A DNA stretch of 64,000 nucleotides from Rhizophagus irregularis (taxonomy: Eukaryota). The position numbers and the translations under genes were made by a program. Where the stretch lies: positions 3,534,001 through 3,598,000 of the forward strand of contig NC_089431.1 of the NCBI RefSeq assembly GCF_026210795.1. Reading direction: 5' to 3'. Of the stretch, positions 37,690-47,266 are shown piece by piece. The notes under the pieces were generated by a model. That model worked only from the letters and a program-made list of their open reading frames with translations, did not search any database and had not been told where the DNA came from. Position 1 is the first letter of the stretch. Every line of letters starts with the position of its first letter.

Positions 37690-38913
37690 ATGGATCTTTA
37701 TGTATACAATTTGGACGAGTACACGACTGACTCAAGACAAGGCAATGAGTTTGCTCCATCATGGCCCTTTCGATTAGCCGTAGCAGGTAGCTCAGACTCA
37801 GGTAAGACAACTATGATCATTAATTTGTTAATGGGTAACAAGAAAGCAAAGGAGGATGGTAATCGGTATGTACTATGTGATGCGGTACTTTTAGTTGGCA
37901 GATATCTTGACGAGCCGAAGTGGGCAGTTGTACATGATTTTTTCGAAGAGGAGAAGATCCCATTCACTGCAGTAACCCATAGTGAGATTCCAGAGATTGA
38001 CTCCTTCAACCCTACTCAAGCTACTGTGGTAATCTTTGAGGATCTGATGGATGCACCTAAAAAAATCCAGGATCTCATCACTGGTTACTTTACACATGGA
38101 CGACACAAAAATATTTCATGTATTTATGTAGCCCAAAGATTCTTTGCCATTCCTAAGGCTATTCAAGAAAATGTTAACTACATCTCACTGCATGGAGGTC
38201 ATGGAAGCCTTACAGATACCAAGAGAATCATCCGCCTATATACAGAAGAATCAGAGTCATTAGCACCAGTAATTGATGATCTTACTCTGCAACGTGAATT
38301 TGTAGTGTTTGATCTTAGACGGTCCAAAAGTGATCCACTGTCCATTCGAGTAAGATGGGATACTAGTCTCAGTTCGATTACAGAGCAATCTCAGTTCAAT
38401 CCTAGTTTGATCTCAGTTCAATCTCAGTTTGATCCAAGTTTGAACCCAGTTCGATCTCAGTCTGAACCCAGTTCAATCACAGTTCGATCCAAGTTTAGTC
38501 CCTATGGTCAGAAAGCTGTATTTGAAGCAAAAAAAGGTGGACACTTGATTGAATTTGCTCGGGTATTTCCATCCCCTAAAGAACGTCAACATTTACTTGT
38601 ACCTGGTGTCTTAGCCAAGAATGCAGATACCTGGATTAAATATGTCTTTCGGGAAGCTTATGGACTCTCTGGTAAGACCTTAGGAGCTGACTTTCAGGAT
38701 TTCTTAGCAAAAGTACAGGGTAGGACTGCAAAGACTGAAACTCTGAAAACTGAGAATGTGAAGGAGTTATTCTCCCGATATGAAGCCCTGAAGTCTAGTC
38801 GCCCTCTGGATAATAAACAAATAATAGAAGGTATTGAAGTCCTTCTACAGATCTTTTCTAAGAGCCACATGGACCGTCGAGCATTACAAGTAGGGATTAA
38901 TAGTATCTTGTGA
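37690..38913 (+). CDS. A32-like (FtsK/HerA superfamily) DNA packaging ATPase
   Basis: Walker A GSSDSGKT, Walker B VVIFEDL, GRHKNISCIYVAQ...IPKAIQEN as in poxvirus A32/Polinton ATPases; C-terminal extension. Confidence 0.88.
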   Translation: MDLYVYNLDEYTTDSRQGNEFAPSWPFRLAVAGSSDSGKTTMIINLLMGNKKAKEDGNRYVLCDAVLLVGRYLDEPKWAVVHDFFEEEKIPFTAVTHSEIPEIDSFNPTQATVVIFEDLMDAPKKIQDLITGYFTHGRHKNISCIYVAQRFFAIPKAIQENVNYISLHGGHGSLTDTKRIIRLYTEESESLAPVIDDLTLQREFVVFDLRRSKSDPLSIRVRWDTSLSSITEQSQFNPSLISVQSQFDPSLNPVRSQSEPSSITVRSKFSPYGQKAVFEAKKGGHLIEFARVFPSPKERQHLLVPGVLAKNADTWIKYVFREAYGLSGKTLGADFQDFLAKVQGRTAKTETLKTENVKELFSRYEALKSSRPLDNKQIIEGIEVLLQIFSKSHMDRRALQVGINSIL

Positions 38914-39457
38914 GAATATCAAGTAATTCGTCTGCAGAAGCTCTAAGAATCATAGCACTTTTTTTACGGCCTTCAAAGTCAATCCTTAACATCTTAGCCT
39001 TCAACCCTATTGCTCCTAAAGCACGAGAAGCAAAGTTCTTAGTCATTGGATTACTTATATGATTTACATAGTTCTCATAAAATGTAGTGAAAGGCTCGTC
39101 AATACCATCTGGATATGTATCCCTTAGAAATTGATATAAAGCAATTTCTCCACTGTCATAACCTATGGCTATAAGCTGTTCGAGAAGCCACTTCCTAATA
39201 TCTTCATATGGCTCTCCATCCATAATATTCATATCCAGTTTTTGTGTAAACAATTGTGTAAAGTCCACATTACTTCCCCGACGAATGATCTGAACTAACT
39301 TATCCCTAGCAAGTCCCAAGGCTTGTAGAGGGTCATTCTCATCACTAATCTTCTTTATAATCTGTCTGTATAATACACTGGATAATCCTCTATATGCTGT
39401 TTTTGGAGTGATTACTCCACAGTTTTGGCACTGGTTTATTACGATTGATGTTGACAT
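38897..39457 (-). CDS. Hypothetical protein of the Polinton-like element
   Basis: 186-aa ATG ORF, N-terminal CQNC, tight gene packing. Confidence 0.7.
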   Translation of the reverse strand: MSTSIVINQCQNCGVITPKTAYRGLSSVLYRQIIKKISDENDPLQALGLARDKLVQIIRRGSNVDFTQLFTQKLDMNIMDGEPYEDIRKWLLEQLIAIGYDSGEIALYQFLRDTYPDGIDEPFTTFYENYVNHISNPMTKNFASRALGAIGLKAKMLRIDFEGRKKSAMILRASADELLDILTRYY

Positions 39458-39502
39458 GGCTATCTTTCTTTATGTAAAAAAGAATTATTCAAAATTAAGT
39501 AA

Positions 39503-40084
39503 CTATTCGGAGCAGTCCTTGCACAACTTGTCCGTTAAGTCACTTGGGCTTACAGGCATGAGACATTCCCTACACAACTCAATATTAAGCTCTGCAAGTC
39601 TCGGGGTATGGTCCTCCAAAGTTCGTGGACGACTGGAAGGACCGGAGGAAGGTGTTCCGTTAGTCATATCTTGCTGTAAGATAAAATCATCATATTCATC
39701 TTGGTCAGCCTGAATAGCAGTCCTGATTTGTTGTATATCATTGAAAGTTAACCGCTGCCCATCAAGATTTTCCTCATTATAGCGTGTTTCATTGATGATT
39801 TCCTCTATAAGCGCCTCTTCTTCATAATGGACAAGGTAGTAATTCTCAACTACCTCATAGTCACTCTCAATCAGTCTATGATATGTTCTAGTACCACGTC
39901 GAACATAACGTCCTGTATCTGTATTTAAATATACAGGTTGCTCTTCAGGTGGAGGTGCAGTTTGTCTACGGACAAGCCTTCCATCAATATAATCATGGGA
40001 TTCCATAACTATTCGATTAAAGGTATCTCCACCGATAATAATTGGACGTCCAGTTATAGGGTTAGCTATATAAGGGTAAGACAT
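39503..40084 (-). CDS. Protein with two NPxTGR-like repeats and a C-terminal zinc ribbon
   Basis: YIANPITGRPIIIGGDTFNRI and YLNTDTGRYVRRGTRTYHRL; CRECL...CKDC. Likely start MSYPY. Confidence 0.65.
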   Translation of the reverse strand: MSYPYIANPITGRPIIIGGDTFNRIVMESHDYIDGRLVRRQTAPPPEEQPVYLNTDTGRYVRRGTRTYHRLIESDYEVVENYYLVHYEEEALIEEIINETRYNEENLDGQRLTFNDIQQIRTAIQADQDEYDDFILQQDMTNGTPSSGPSSRPRTLEDHTPRLAELNIELCRECLMPVSPSDLTDKLCKDCSE

Positions 40085-40146
40085 GTCTTTTTTTCTGTAC
40101 GTGTCTACATACCTAATAGTTTTCTTCAATTTATAATAACCAAGTG

Positions 40147-40300
40147 ACATGGTCATCAGTCCTTATCAAAAAATACAAGAATACCTGATGATAAGGTTAC
40201 ATGGTCATCAGTCCTTATCAAAAATGCAAGGATACCTGATGATAAGGTTACATGGTCATCAATCCTTGTCGAAAAAATGCAAGGATACCTGATAAATAAG
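40147..40300. repeat. Three ~52-bp tandem units, each an imperfect hairpin
   Basis: ACATGGTCATCAGTCCTT...AAGGATACCTGATGA at 40147, 40199 and 40250. Confidence 0.85.
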
Positions 40301-40632
40301 TTACTGGGTTATTGGCCTAGAATGCATTCATGGAAAAACTATGGATTATATTACAGAAAATGTGAACGGAGTTCATGTCACGTGATACCCTGAACAAATG
40401 TGTAGAGTGTCACGTGATTTCATGCGGTACGTAGATCATTTCCTTTTTGGGCGATACCCGTTCCACAAAAAATCGATTTGGTAAGAATGCGTTTGGAACC
40501 CTGTGTAACATAAATTTCTTTTTTCGGTAATTCGGGATTACGCGGTAATGCCGGCCGGATCTAAAAAATATGACTCTGCAGGGTAATTCCTACGAAAGTC
40601 AAGTACAAAATGCTTACTCCTGTTGAGTCCAA

Positions 40633-41019
40633 TCATTCCAATCTCCAAGGATCGCCTCCCCATCTATGTTCACTTAATGCATGCTCTATGGTTTCCCTTT
40701 CCTGGGGGTTCACAACCATCCCATTCCTAAGCATTTTCTCCATAATATAAAGCTGATCCTCGGTGAGGCGGTCTATCCATCTTTTATAGAAGTCATTTAC
40801 ATCTTCAAATGATATCCAGTCAATATTCCCTTTTTCAAACGGCTTTCCAAGAGCTTGGACATGACCAATTGTAATAGCGTAATTTTTCCATCTCTTATAT
40901 GCTTCTTGACGAACCTCCTGCCACCACACACTATCTACTTTACTCGCTGCAATAAGGTCAGTATCTGGGATCTTTGCAACAATGCGTTCGACTATTTCTA
41001 CTGGTAATCGGTCCAACAT
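40633..41019 (-). CDS. F-box-like protein
   Basis: N-terminal LDRLPVEIVERIVAKIPDTDLIAASKVDSVW fits the F-box pattern. Confidence 0.7.
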   Translation of the reverse strand: MLDRLPVEIVERIVAKIPDTDLIAASKVDSVWWQEVRQEAYKRWKNYAITIGHVQALGKPFEKGNIDWISFEDVNDFYKRWIDRLTEDQLYIMEKMLRNGMVVNPQERETIEHALSEHRWGGDPWRLE

Positions 41020-41112
41020 GATGTTATGTTACTTATACTATAGCCATCTTCAATTACTGTATGCCCATTACAAATGGATAAAAAATATAAACTAAATTCG
41101 TACAGGAGCCGC

Positions 41113-41583
41113 TTATGCAAGAAGTTCTGCTAAGGTTTTCTCAGCCTCATTCATAGTGACAGCTCGCTTTGGGGGACCTGTTAATGAGTCCTTAGTTACA
41201 TTATAATACAACTCGAAGAGGGCCTCAAGTTTGTCTAAAAGAGCTTGTTTATTCTTGTATGATTCACGAATCTTTGCTATCTTAGCAGTATATGCTGCAT
41301 TATCTGGGAAGAGTTTTCTGGCCACGAACTTTACATATGATACAGGAGACTTTGCTGTCTGGATTCTCTTGATATACTTCACATGATCCTGGACAAGGTA
41401 GCTGGTTTTGCTAAACCCAGATACTAATGCGACTACTATAGTGTCTTTCAATGCACGGATAATCTTGAGGACAGTTTCATCAGAGACAATGGTAAACTGA
41501 TTGTGTGATGCATCATAAATAACTTTATCACTAATGCTGTCAGTGCTGTTAATAATGCTTGCTAATTCGGTATATGTTGACAT
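41113..41583 (-). CDS. Hypothetical protein of the Polinton-like element
   Basis: 156-aa ATG ORF with the shared upstream TTGAA motif. Confidence 0.7.
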   Translation of the reverse strand: MSTYTELASIINSTDSISDKVIYDASHNQFTIVSDETVLKIIRALKDTIVVALVSGFSKTSYLVQDHVKYIKRIQTAKSPVSYVKFVARKLFPDNAAYTAKIAKIRESYKNKQALLDKLEALFELYYNVTKDSLTGPPKRAVTMNEAEKTLAELLA

Positions 41584-41696
41584 GATTCCTTATACTTTTT
41601 TGTACTTTGTAATAAATAGGAATCTTCAAATTGACTTTACATTCAAGCAAGAAAAAATATATATACCTACTGTAAATCCAACCGCATTCTTGGCAA

Positions 41697-43576
41697 TCAT
41701 GTCCAGATAACCTTGTTTGCATTTTTCACATGGCAGTATCCTGCGGTTTCAAACTTGAGAGCTTTCAATGCTTTGGATGCATTTTCTGGACAAGTGATAA
41801 GTGTAGGACTACTCGGCTGTTCCTCTAGAATAAATCCATCTGTATGGATGCGTCGTACTTTATCCTTATATGGTTCTAATAACTCTGAAGTCGTCTTCCG
41901 TCCATGTGCTAATAAGAATGGAGCGATCCTAGGATACTCACCCTTGAAGGGACTACCTGGGTTTGTGAACTGGAATCGCCACTGGTCAGATCCTACTGGT
42001 ACGATGGAGTCAAGTGTGTGGCCTTCTGGAAACTTGAATGGATCTGTTTGATCTGTGGTGAGTGTCTTGTAATTGCGTTTCCTCTGGCAGAGTGCTCCCC
42101 ATAGTGTATTGAGAACTCTCTTTGCAACACGACCGGCCACGCCACCCTGGTTCTTTATATTGAAGAGAAAGTGGACATACTCACCAAATATTACAGTCCC
42201 AGGAATTCTTGCTTCTCTGTCATATATCAAGGCATTTGGCTTTCCATCCTGGATTAACTGTATATCGAGTCCAAGTTTCTTTGCTCGTTGTAAGTCAATG
42301 AATGTATAGACTCCCCTCTTATTCTGTCGGAAGAGAATGTCATTACCACTTACCTTGCCCTTGGGCGCTCCTGGGAGCTAGCACGAAATAATCCATACAA
42401 GGCATAACCTCTATGGTCTACAAAGTCTTTGAGTATTTGAAACTTACCTTGTCGGATTGGAAAGTTTGCATTTGATTGCTGAATACTTGGATACAAACTT
42501 GTCACGTCGTATTGCCTTCCATAGCCCTTCCATTCGTTGTCTGCCCAGATAAGACCTCCCATCATTGCATCACTTATCCACTCTGCTTCGACTGGGTCAA
42601 GAGGATCATTGGCTGGAACCCCTACACTAAACCGTTCAAAAAGCCAGAGTGCAGTTCTCTTGTACGACCAGTTGTGGTAAGATAAGTCGATTCCTAGACC
42701 GAACTTCTTTGTAGCCTGTAGGAAGGAATCCCGCTCTTCATGGATCCTCTGGTATGTTTCCTCAAGTGTTTCATATATTCCAGTTTTACAATTCTTCTCG
42801 ATAGGGATGAAGGAGTAACTATCAGAGTTCTTACCTTTCTGAAACTGTCCAACTGTAAGAGACTTAACTGTCTTACCATTGTATATTGTTACTACATTAT
42901 TAACCCCATCTTCACGATAAACAAAGGGAGACTTTTGTTTTCTATCTAATTTGCTAGGGTGGAGTCTTCCGGGATTCAGTGCAAGAGAGTAGTGGCCTTC
43001 AGACAGGATAAGTGTTGCACGTCTGTCAGATTTGCTCTTAGAAATTCGAGTGGAATCCCCTACAATATTAAGTGCAAGGCTTCCTGCAAGTTGTTCAACC
43101 TTATCCATATATGAGACTGGAACTGAAGCATCACGATTGAGACCTAATGCCTTTTTGATATACTCGGGCTTTTCGATTGACTTTGGCATTTTAGAGAATG
43201 TGCCGTAGATATATTTCAGGCATTTATACAGGCAATCATTTAGCTTCCCATTGCACCCCCCTGCAACCGGTGGGGCATCTCTCACATAAATTATGAATCA
43301 TTCAAAATAATCAGGGTCTGCATCATCCGGTAGTTGTGCTTCGTCGTAGTGGTCCAAGAGTGAGAAGAGGCTGGCTGGTTGGTTTCCTGATGTCCATCCA
43401 CCGGGTTTCCAGTTTTCATAGGGGAGCAGAATCTGAAATTTATGTGTCGGATACCGGGATTGGAGTCGCTGTCCAAGTCTTGCTATTGCTCCTCTGGAAA
43501 ATCTTGCGCCTGAATACTGTAATTCTTTGATATCCGGTCTTGTAGGTAAAGCACGGACAATCTCTGAATAAACCAT
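41697..43576 (-). pseudogene. Family B DNA polymerase (protein-primed/Polinton type), disrupted
   Basis: Motif A YDVTSLYP preceded by GG, motif B AKRVLNTLWG, motif C IHTDG. In-frame TGA at 43298-43300 and a frameshift at ~42350-42380. Confidence 0.85.
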
Positions 43577-43767
43577 TTGACGTATTTATGAATTGTGTTC
43601 AGTTGTAATATAGGTTTTTTATACAAAAAATATAAGATAACTAAGAAGTGCTTATCTTATTAAAAGGAGTCAATCTTGCTGCATACACGATCAAGATCCT
43701 CTTCATCCCAGTCGTCGATGAGTCCATTGGCGGCTTCCCATTCACGTTCCATATCGGTTTTTGGACG

Positions 43768-46194
43768 TTACTCGGGGATCTCTCGTGCTTTACCCTTATT
43801 CATCTTCATAGTTTCATAACCGGAGGTGGTAGGGATAATCTCGGCATCATGATCCTCCTTATATGCTCTTATTAGATCTGTGAGTTCTTTACGGCTAGGT
43901 GTTTTAGGTAAGTACCCATTATATTCTATCCAGTCCTTGAAGCGGTCTACTACCTCCCTAAGGTAGTACTGGTACTCGTCCTCAATACGTGTTGTGGGAC
44001 ATTCCTCTACTTCAAACGCGAGTATTTCCCAGTCATAGTCGTCTGACACGTCTTGATACTTAGCCCATAAATCCTTACCTGTATTGTAGAGATCATTGAA
44101 GACCTGGTTCTTTGAATTCTTGACCCATGGCTTACGATCCCATCGGTGCCTTTCATGCCAAGCCCAGTATGCTCGAGTACCTTCCTTTGGTTTAGGGTCC
44201 CAGTCAACTTCTAGTTCTGTGTCGGGTTCTGGGATAGGTTGCTCTTCAGGAGCTGGTTCTGGGTCAGGCTTAGTGACAGATGCAGAAAATTCTGCGGGAG
44301 ACTCGGGTTGTTGTTCAGAAGCTGGGTTTACAGTTGTAAAATCTGAGTCAGATAGCAAGTCATCTAAAACGTCGTAGTCATCATCAGCTTTAAATGCAGG
44401 TTCCTCAGCAGGCGGCTCATTTTCTTGATCAGGTTCCTCATCAGATAGATAACAGTCCGAGAAGCTATCTATAGGTTCATCAGTATCTGATTCTATAGGA
44501 GCTGGAGATTCCTCAGGAATAGGATCCTCATTGATGACAGGTGCGGGTTTTACCTTCAAGCAATCGGGCTTAAGTGGTACTGGTGGTGGAGTCTTTTTGG
44601 TCTCTTCAGTAGGCTTCTTCTTGACAGGAGCGGGTTTTTCCTCAGCAGGTTTCTCTTGTACGTCTTGTGGATTATTAGCAGGAATGCTATATATATTTGC
44701 CAAGAACTTTTCTAAGGCTTTGGGATCAGATGCGGGCTTCTCGGGAGTTTCTACATCTATTCCTTCTATATTGATTTCATCTGTTTCATGGATCCATTTT
44801 TTGGTGAGAAACTTTTTGTAAAGGTCCTCCCTAGATATGCTGTAAACTCGTGGTGTTGTCTTACCTACACGTATTTTTCTGCTATTTATACCCAACTCAT
44901 TTGATAGGATTCTAGAAGCGTTTATCTTTGATAGGGGTGTAATGCAATGAGTTTCACAGTATGAAGTATATACCCTATAAAATTCTTGAACAGGTAGGTC
45001 GGTTATATGATTTTTTACTATGAGGTAAATGTCCTTTATGAATTGAAATAGGGGTGGGAGAGTTGATATGATGTGATCCTGCTTAGATGTCGTCATAGGT
45101 GGTGGATTCCCATTGAAGTCTGGGTAAGCGTCTGCAATGGCTCTCAAGTAAGCATAGAATGCCTCACTGGCACCTGGGTATTTCATAGCGTCACTGAGTT
45201 TCTTAAAGTAGTTGAGGTCTCCCTTGCGGGATGGTGACACATCCAAGAACACTGTGCGCCTATCGTCATTCTCCACTCTGAGAGCATTTTCATTAGTGAG
45301 TACAATGGTGGATATAAAGTTTTTGTAATGTGTTGGCGTCTTGTATTTTTCATGGATTTCCATTATGTCACCTGTTACCTTATCCTTCAATGATCGATAC
45401 AGATTATTCCACTGGCTTTTTTCTGTAGGCATTTCCTCGAGGAGGAGAAGAACCTTACCTTGTAATTGCCCATTGAAACTTCCAAGAATCGTTTGAGGAT
45501 CACTGGTCTTATAAACAAGTTGAGTACCTAAAACACTACGTTGAATGAAATCTGTTATAATACTCTTACCCCAACCCTGTCCAGATTTCAGGTAGAGAAT
45601 CGAATACATTTTCCTTCCGGCTGCCACACCGGCCAACCACTTTATGATATACTCAGTAAGATTCCAATCGCCTGAACACCAGATATCCTGAATGTGGGAG
45701 AAGATAAATTTAACCGCGAGGTGGGTTGTAGATTCAAAAGTGGATATCGGACGCAGGATATGGAGGAATCCTGGAAAGATATTGAGATAAAGTTGGCCAC
45801 CTAGTTCAAAGATACGGGATTTTTGAGGGTCACAGGTAGCTACACATACAGTACTATATTCGATCATAAACCATTTGTTGATATTAAATTCAACCTTTTG
45901 TGAAGGACCCTGTTCAGATTGTGTGTAAAAGACTTTGGTAATTGGACGGATAAGTTTATTAATATTTTTATCAGGGATGTGCTCGAGGTTTTTGATTTCT
46001 GATCGCCACATGAAGACTCCATGTGGGTTGGAGCAGGGGATAAAGTAACTGCAAAGATAACCTTTAGCTTGATTGAGATCCCTCATATTCTTTGCAGCGT
46101 TAATGAGCCGTTTAAGCTCATCAATACTAAAAGCCTTCTTCTGTTCACCGAACTTGGGGATAACTTGAGCTTGAGTGCTAGTTTGGGCAGTCAT
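43768..46194 (-). CDS. SF3/D5-like (DUF5906-type) helicase with long acidic/proline-rich C-terminal region
   Basis: YLNIFPGF, YIIKWLA, Walker A SGQGWGKS, FNGQLQGKVLLLLEEM (Walker B), VLTNENAL...DDRR. The frame continues ~36 codons past the TAA. Confidence 0.85.
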   Translation of the reverse strand: MTAQTSTQAQVIPKFGEQKKAFSIDELKRLINAAKNMRDLNQAKGYLCSYFIPCSNPHGVFMWRSEIKNLEHIPDKNINKLIRPITKVFYTQSEQGPSQKVEFNINKWFMIEYSTVCVATCDPQKSRIFELGGQLYLNIFPGFLHILRPISTFESTTHLAVKFIFSHIQDIWCSGDWNLTEYIIKWLAGVAAGRKMYSILYLKSGQGWGKSIITDFIQRSVLGTQLVYKTSDPQTILGSFNGQLQGKVLLLLEEMPTEKSQWNNLYRSLKDKVTGDIMEIHEKYKTPTHYKNFISTIVLTNENALRVENDDRRTVFLDVSPSRKGDLNYFKKLSDAMKYPGASEAFYAYLRAIADAYPDFNGNPPPMTTSKQDHIISTLPPLFQFIKDIYLIVKNHITDLPVQEFYRVYTSYCETHCITPLSKINASRILSNELGINSRKIRVGKTTPRVYSISREDLYKKFLTKKWIHETDEINIEGIDVETPEKPASDPKALEKFLANIYSIPANNPQDVQEKPAEEKPAPVKKKPTEETKKTPPPVPLKPDCLKVKPAPVINEDPIPEESPAPIESDTDEPIDSFSDCYLSDEEPDQENEPPAEEPAFKADDDYDVLDDLLSDSDFTTVNPASEQQPESPAEFSASVTKPDPEPAPEEQPIPEPDTELEVDWDPKPKEGTRAYWAWHERHRWDRKPWVKNSKNQVFNDLYNTGKDLWAKYQDVSDDYDWEILAFEVEECPTTRIEDEYQYYLREVVDRFKDWIEYNGYLPKTPSRKELTDLIRAYKEDHDAEIIPTTSGYETMKMNKGKAREIPE

Positions 46195-46414
46195 TTTTTG
46201 TTCTATCAAATCGAGTACTAATTTATAGTTACCTAATCTTCAATTGCCGAATATTTTTCCAAAGATCTGCACTCCTACCAATTTACCCTCCTGTAGTCCT
46301 ATGGTCCTGCGATTCTGCGGTCCTCCGGTTATATCTGGTTATCTTCTAGGGGTAAAAAAAAAAACTATAAACCACGAACCTTTACGACTGCTCTAAATCT
46401 TCCCTTCCCCTTTT

Positions 46415-46774
46415 TCAAACTACATATATCTGAAATCCAAACCGCTCAAGAGCTCCTTTTACTATAGTTAGCTTTTTTCTAGTGTCCGTTAACTCTTTAC
46501 AAGCCTTTTGATACGCCTTCCATTCAAGTTCACGGAGGGTACCCTCCTCCTCCAATGATTGGCCAAGAGCATCGTTTGCTTTTTCCTTCTTTTCTACTGC
46601 CCTGTCGTATGCCTCCTCGGCTTTTTTATGCCGCTTCCAGAGTACTCGTTCAGCTTCGGCTTTCCAGATTGGGCTGACTTCTAAAAGATGTGGCCCGAAA
46701 TTGCTACTTGGAATGTGTTCCAGGATATGGCCTACAAGTTCAGGAATTACTAATACTGCGTGCGGGGTATACAT
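46415..46774 (-). CDS. F-box-like protein with coiled-coil tail
   Basis: IPELVGHILEHIP...LLEVSPIWKAEAERVLW. Confidence 0.6.
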   Translation of the reverse strand: MYTPHAVLVIPELVGHILEHIPSSNFGPHLLEVSPIWKAEAERVLWKRHKKAEEAYDRAVEKKEKANDALGQSLEEEGTLRELEWKAYQKACKELTDTRKKLTIVKGALERFGFQIYVV

Positions 46775-46807
46775 GTTATCTGTCCTTATAGGTTACTTAT
46801 GGTATAC

Positions 46808-47266
46808 CCATTGTTCAATTACTTATTTTTTCTGACGGGGGCAGAACGGGGTTGGTCTTACTGGCTCTATAGACCTTCTAGGGGCTTACCTACTAATTTA
46901 CCTGGTTTGCTGTCTCACTGCTTCCAATAGATTATTAGACGGAATCCTGACTTGTTCCAGATGTTCCGGATGTGGCGGATCTGGGGTGGTAAAAATAAAA
47001 CTTTTTCTGGGGGGATGTCCTCTCATATTTTTTCTGAAACATCTGCCACATCTGCCACATCCGGGACAACCCTCTCATTATATCCGTTATTCCTTCCTTT
47101 TCTATTGTTTTCTAGTTATTTGGTATATATATTTGTTCCATATGTTGTCCCAGATTGTGGCGGATATATGGGGATTCCTGTGCCCCATAGGGGGGATATA
47201 GGTACTGCGAGGCCGCGAGGCCGAGGTGGGTGGAGCGGTAGCGAGGCCCACATCCAGCCTGACGAC
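46808..47266. repeat. Right TIR of the Polinton-like element
   Basis: CCATTGTTC...CAGCCTGACGAC; reverse complement of 32729-33187. Confidence 0.93.

Larger units (their letters stand above)
32729..47266. mobile_element. Polinton/Maverick-like element (14,538 bp) carrying a Gag-protease cassette
   Basis: 459-bp TIRs, 5-bp TSD ACAGC, chromodomain integrase, A32-like ATPase, PolB, SF3-type helicase; intronless, densely packed ORFs with higher GC than the flanks. Confidence 0.92.

Noticed and set aside
42330..42356. Perfect AAG|GTAAGT donor at the PolB frameshift, suggesting an intron
   Set aside because: The sequence after it reads as continuous PolB in the other frame (KVSGNDILFRQNKRGVYTFIDL), so an insertion-caused frameshift explains it better.
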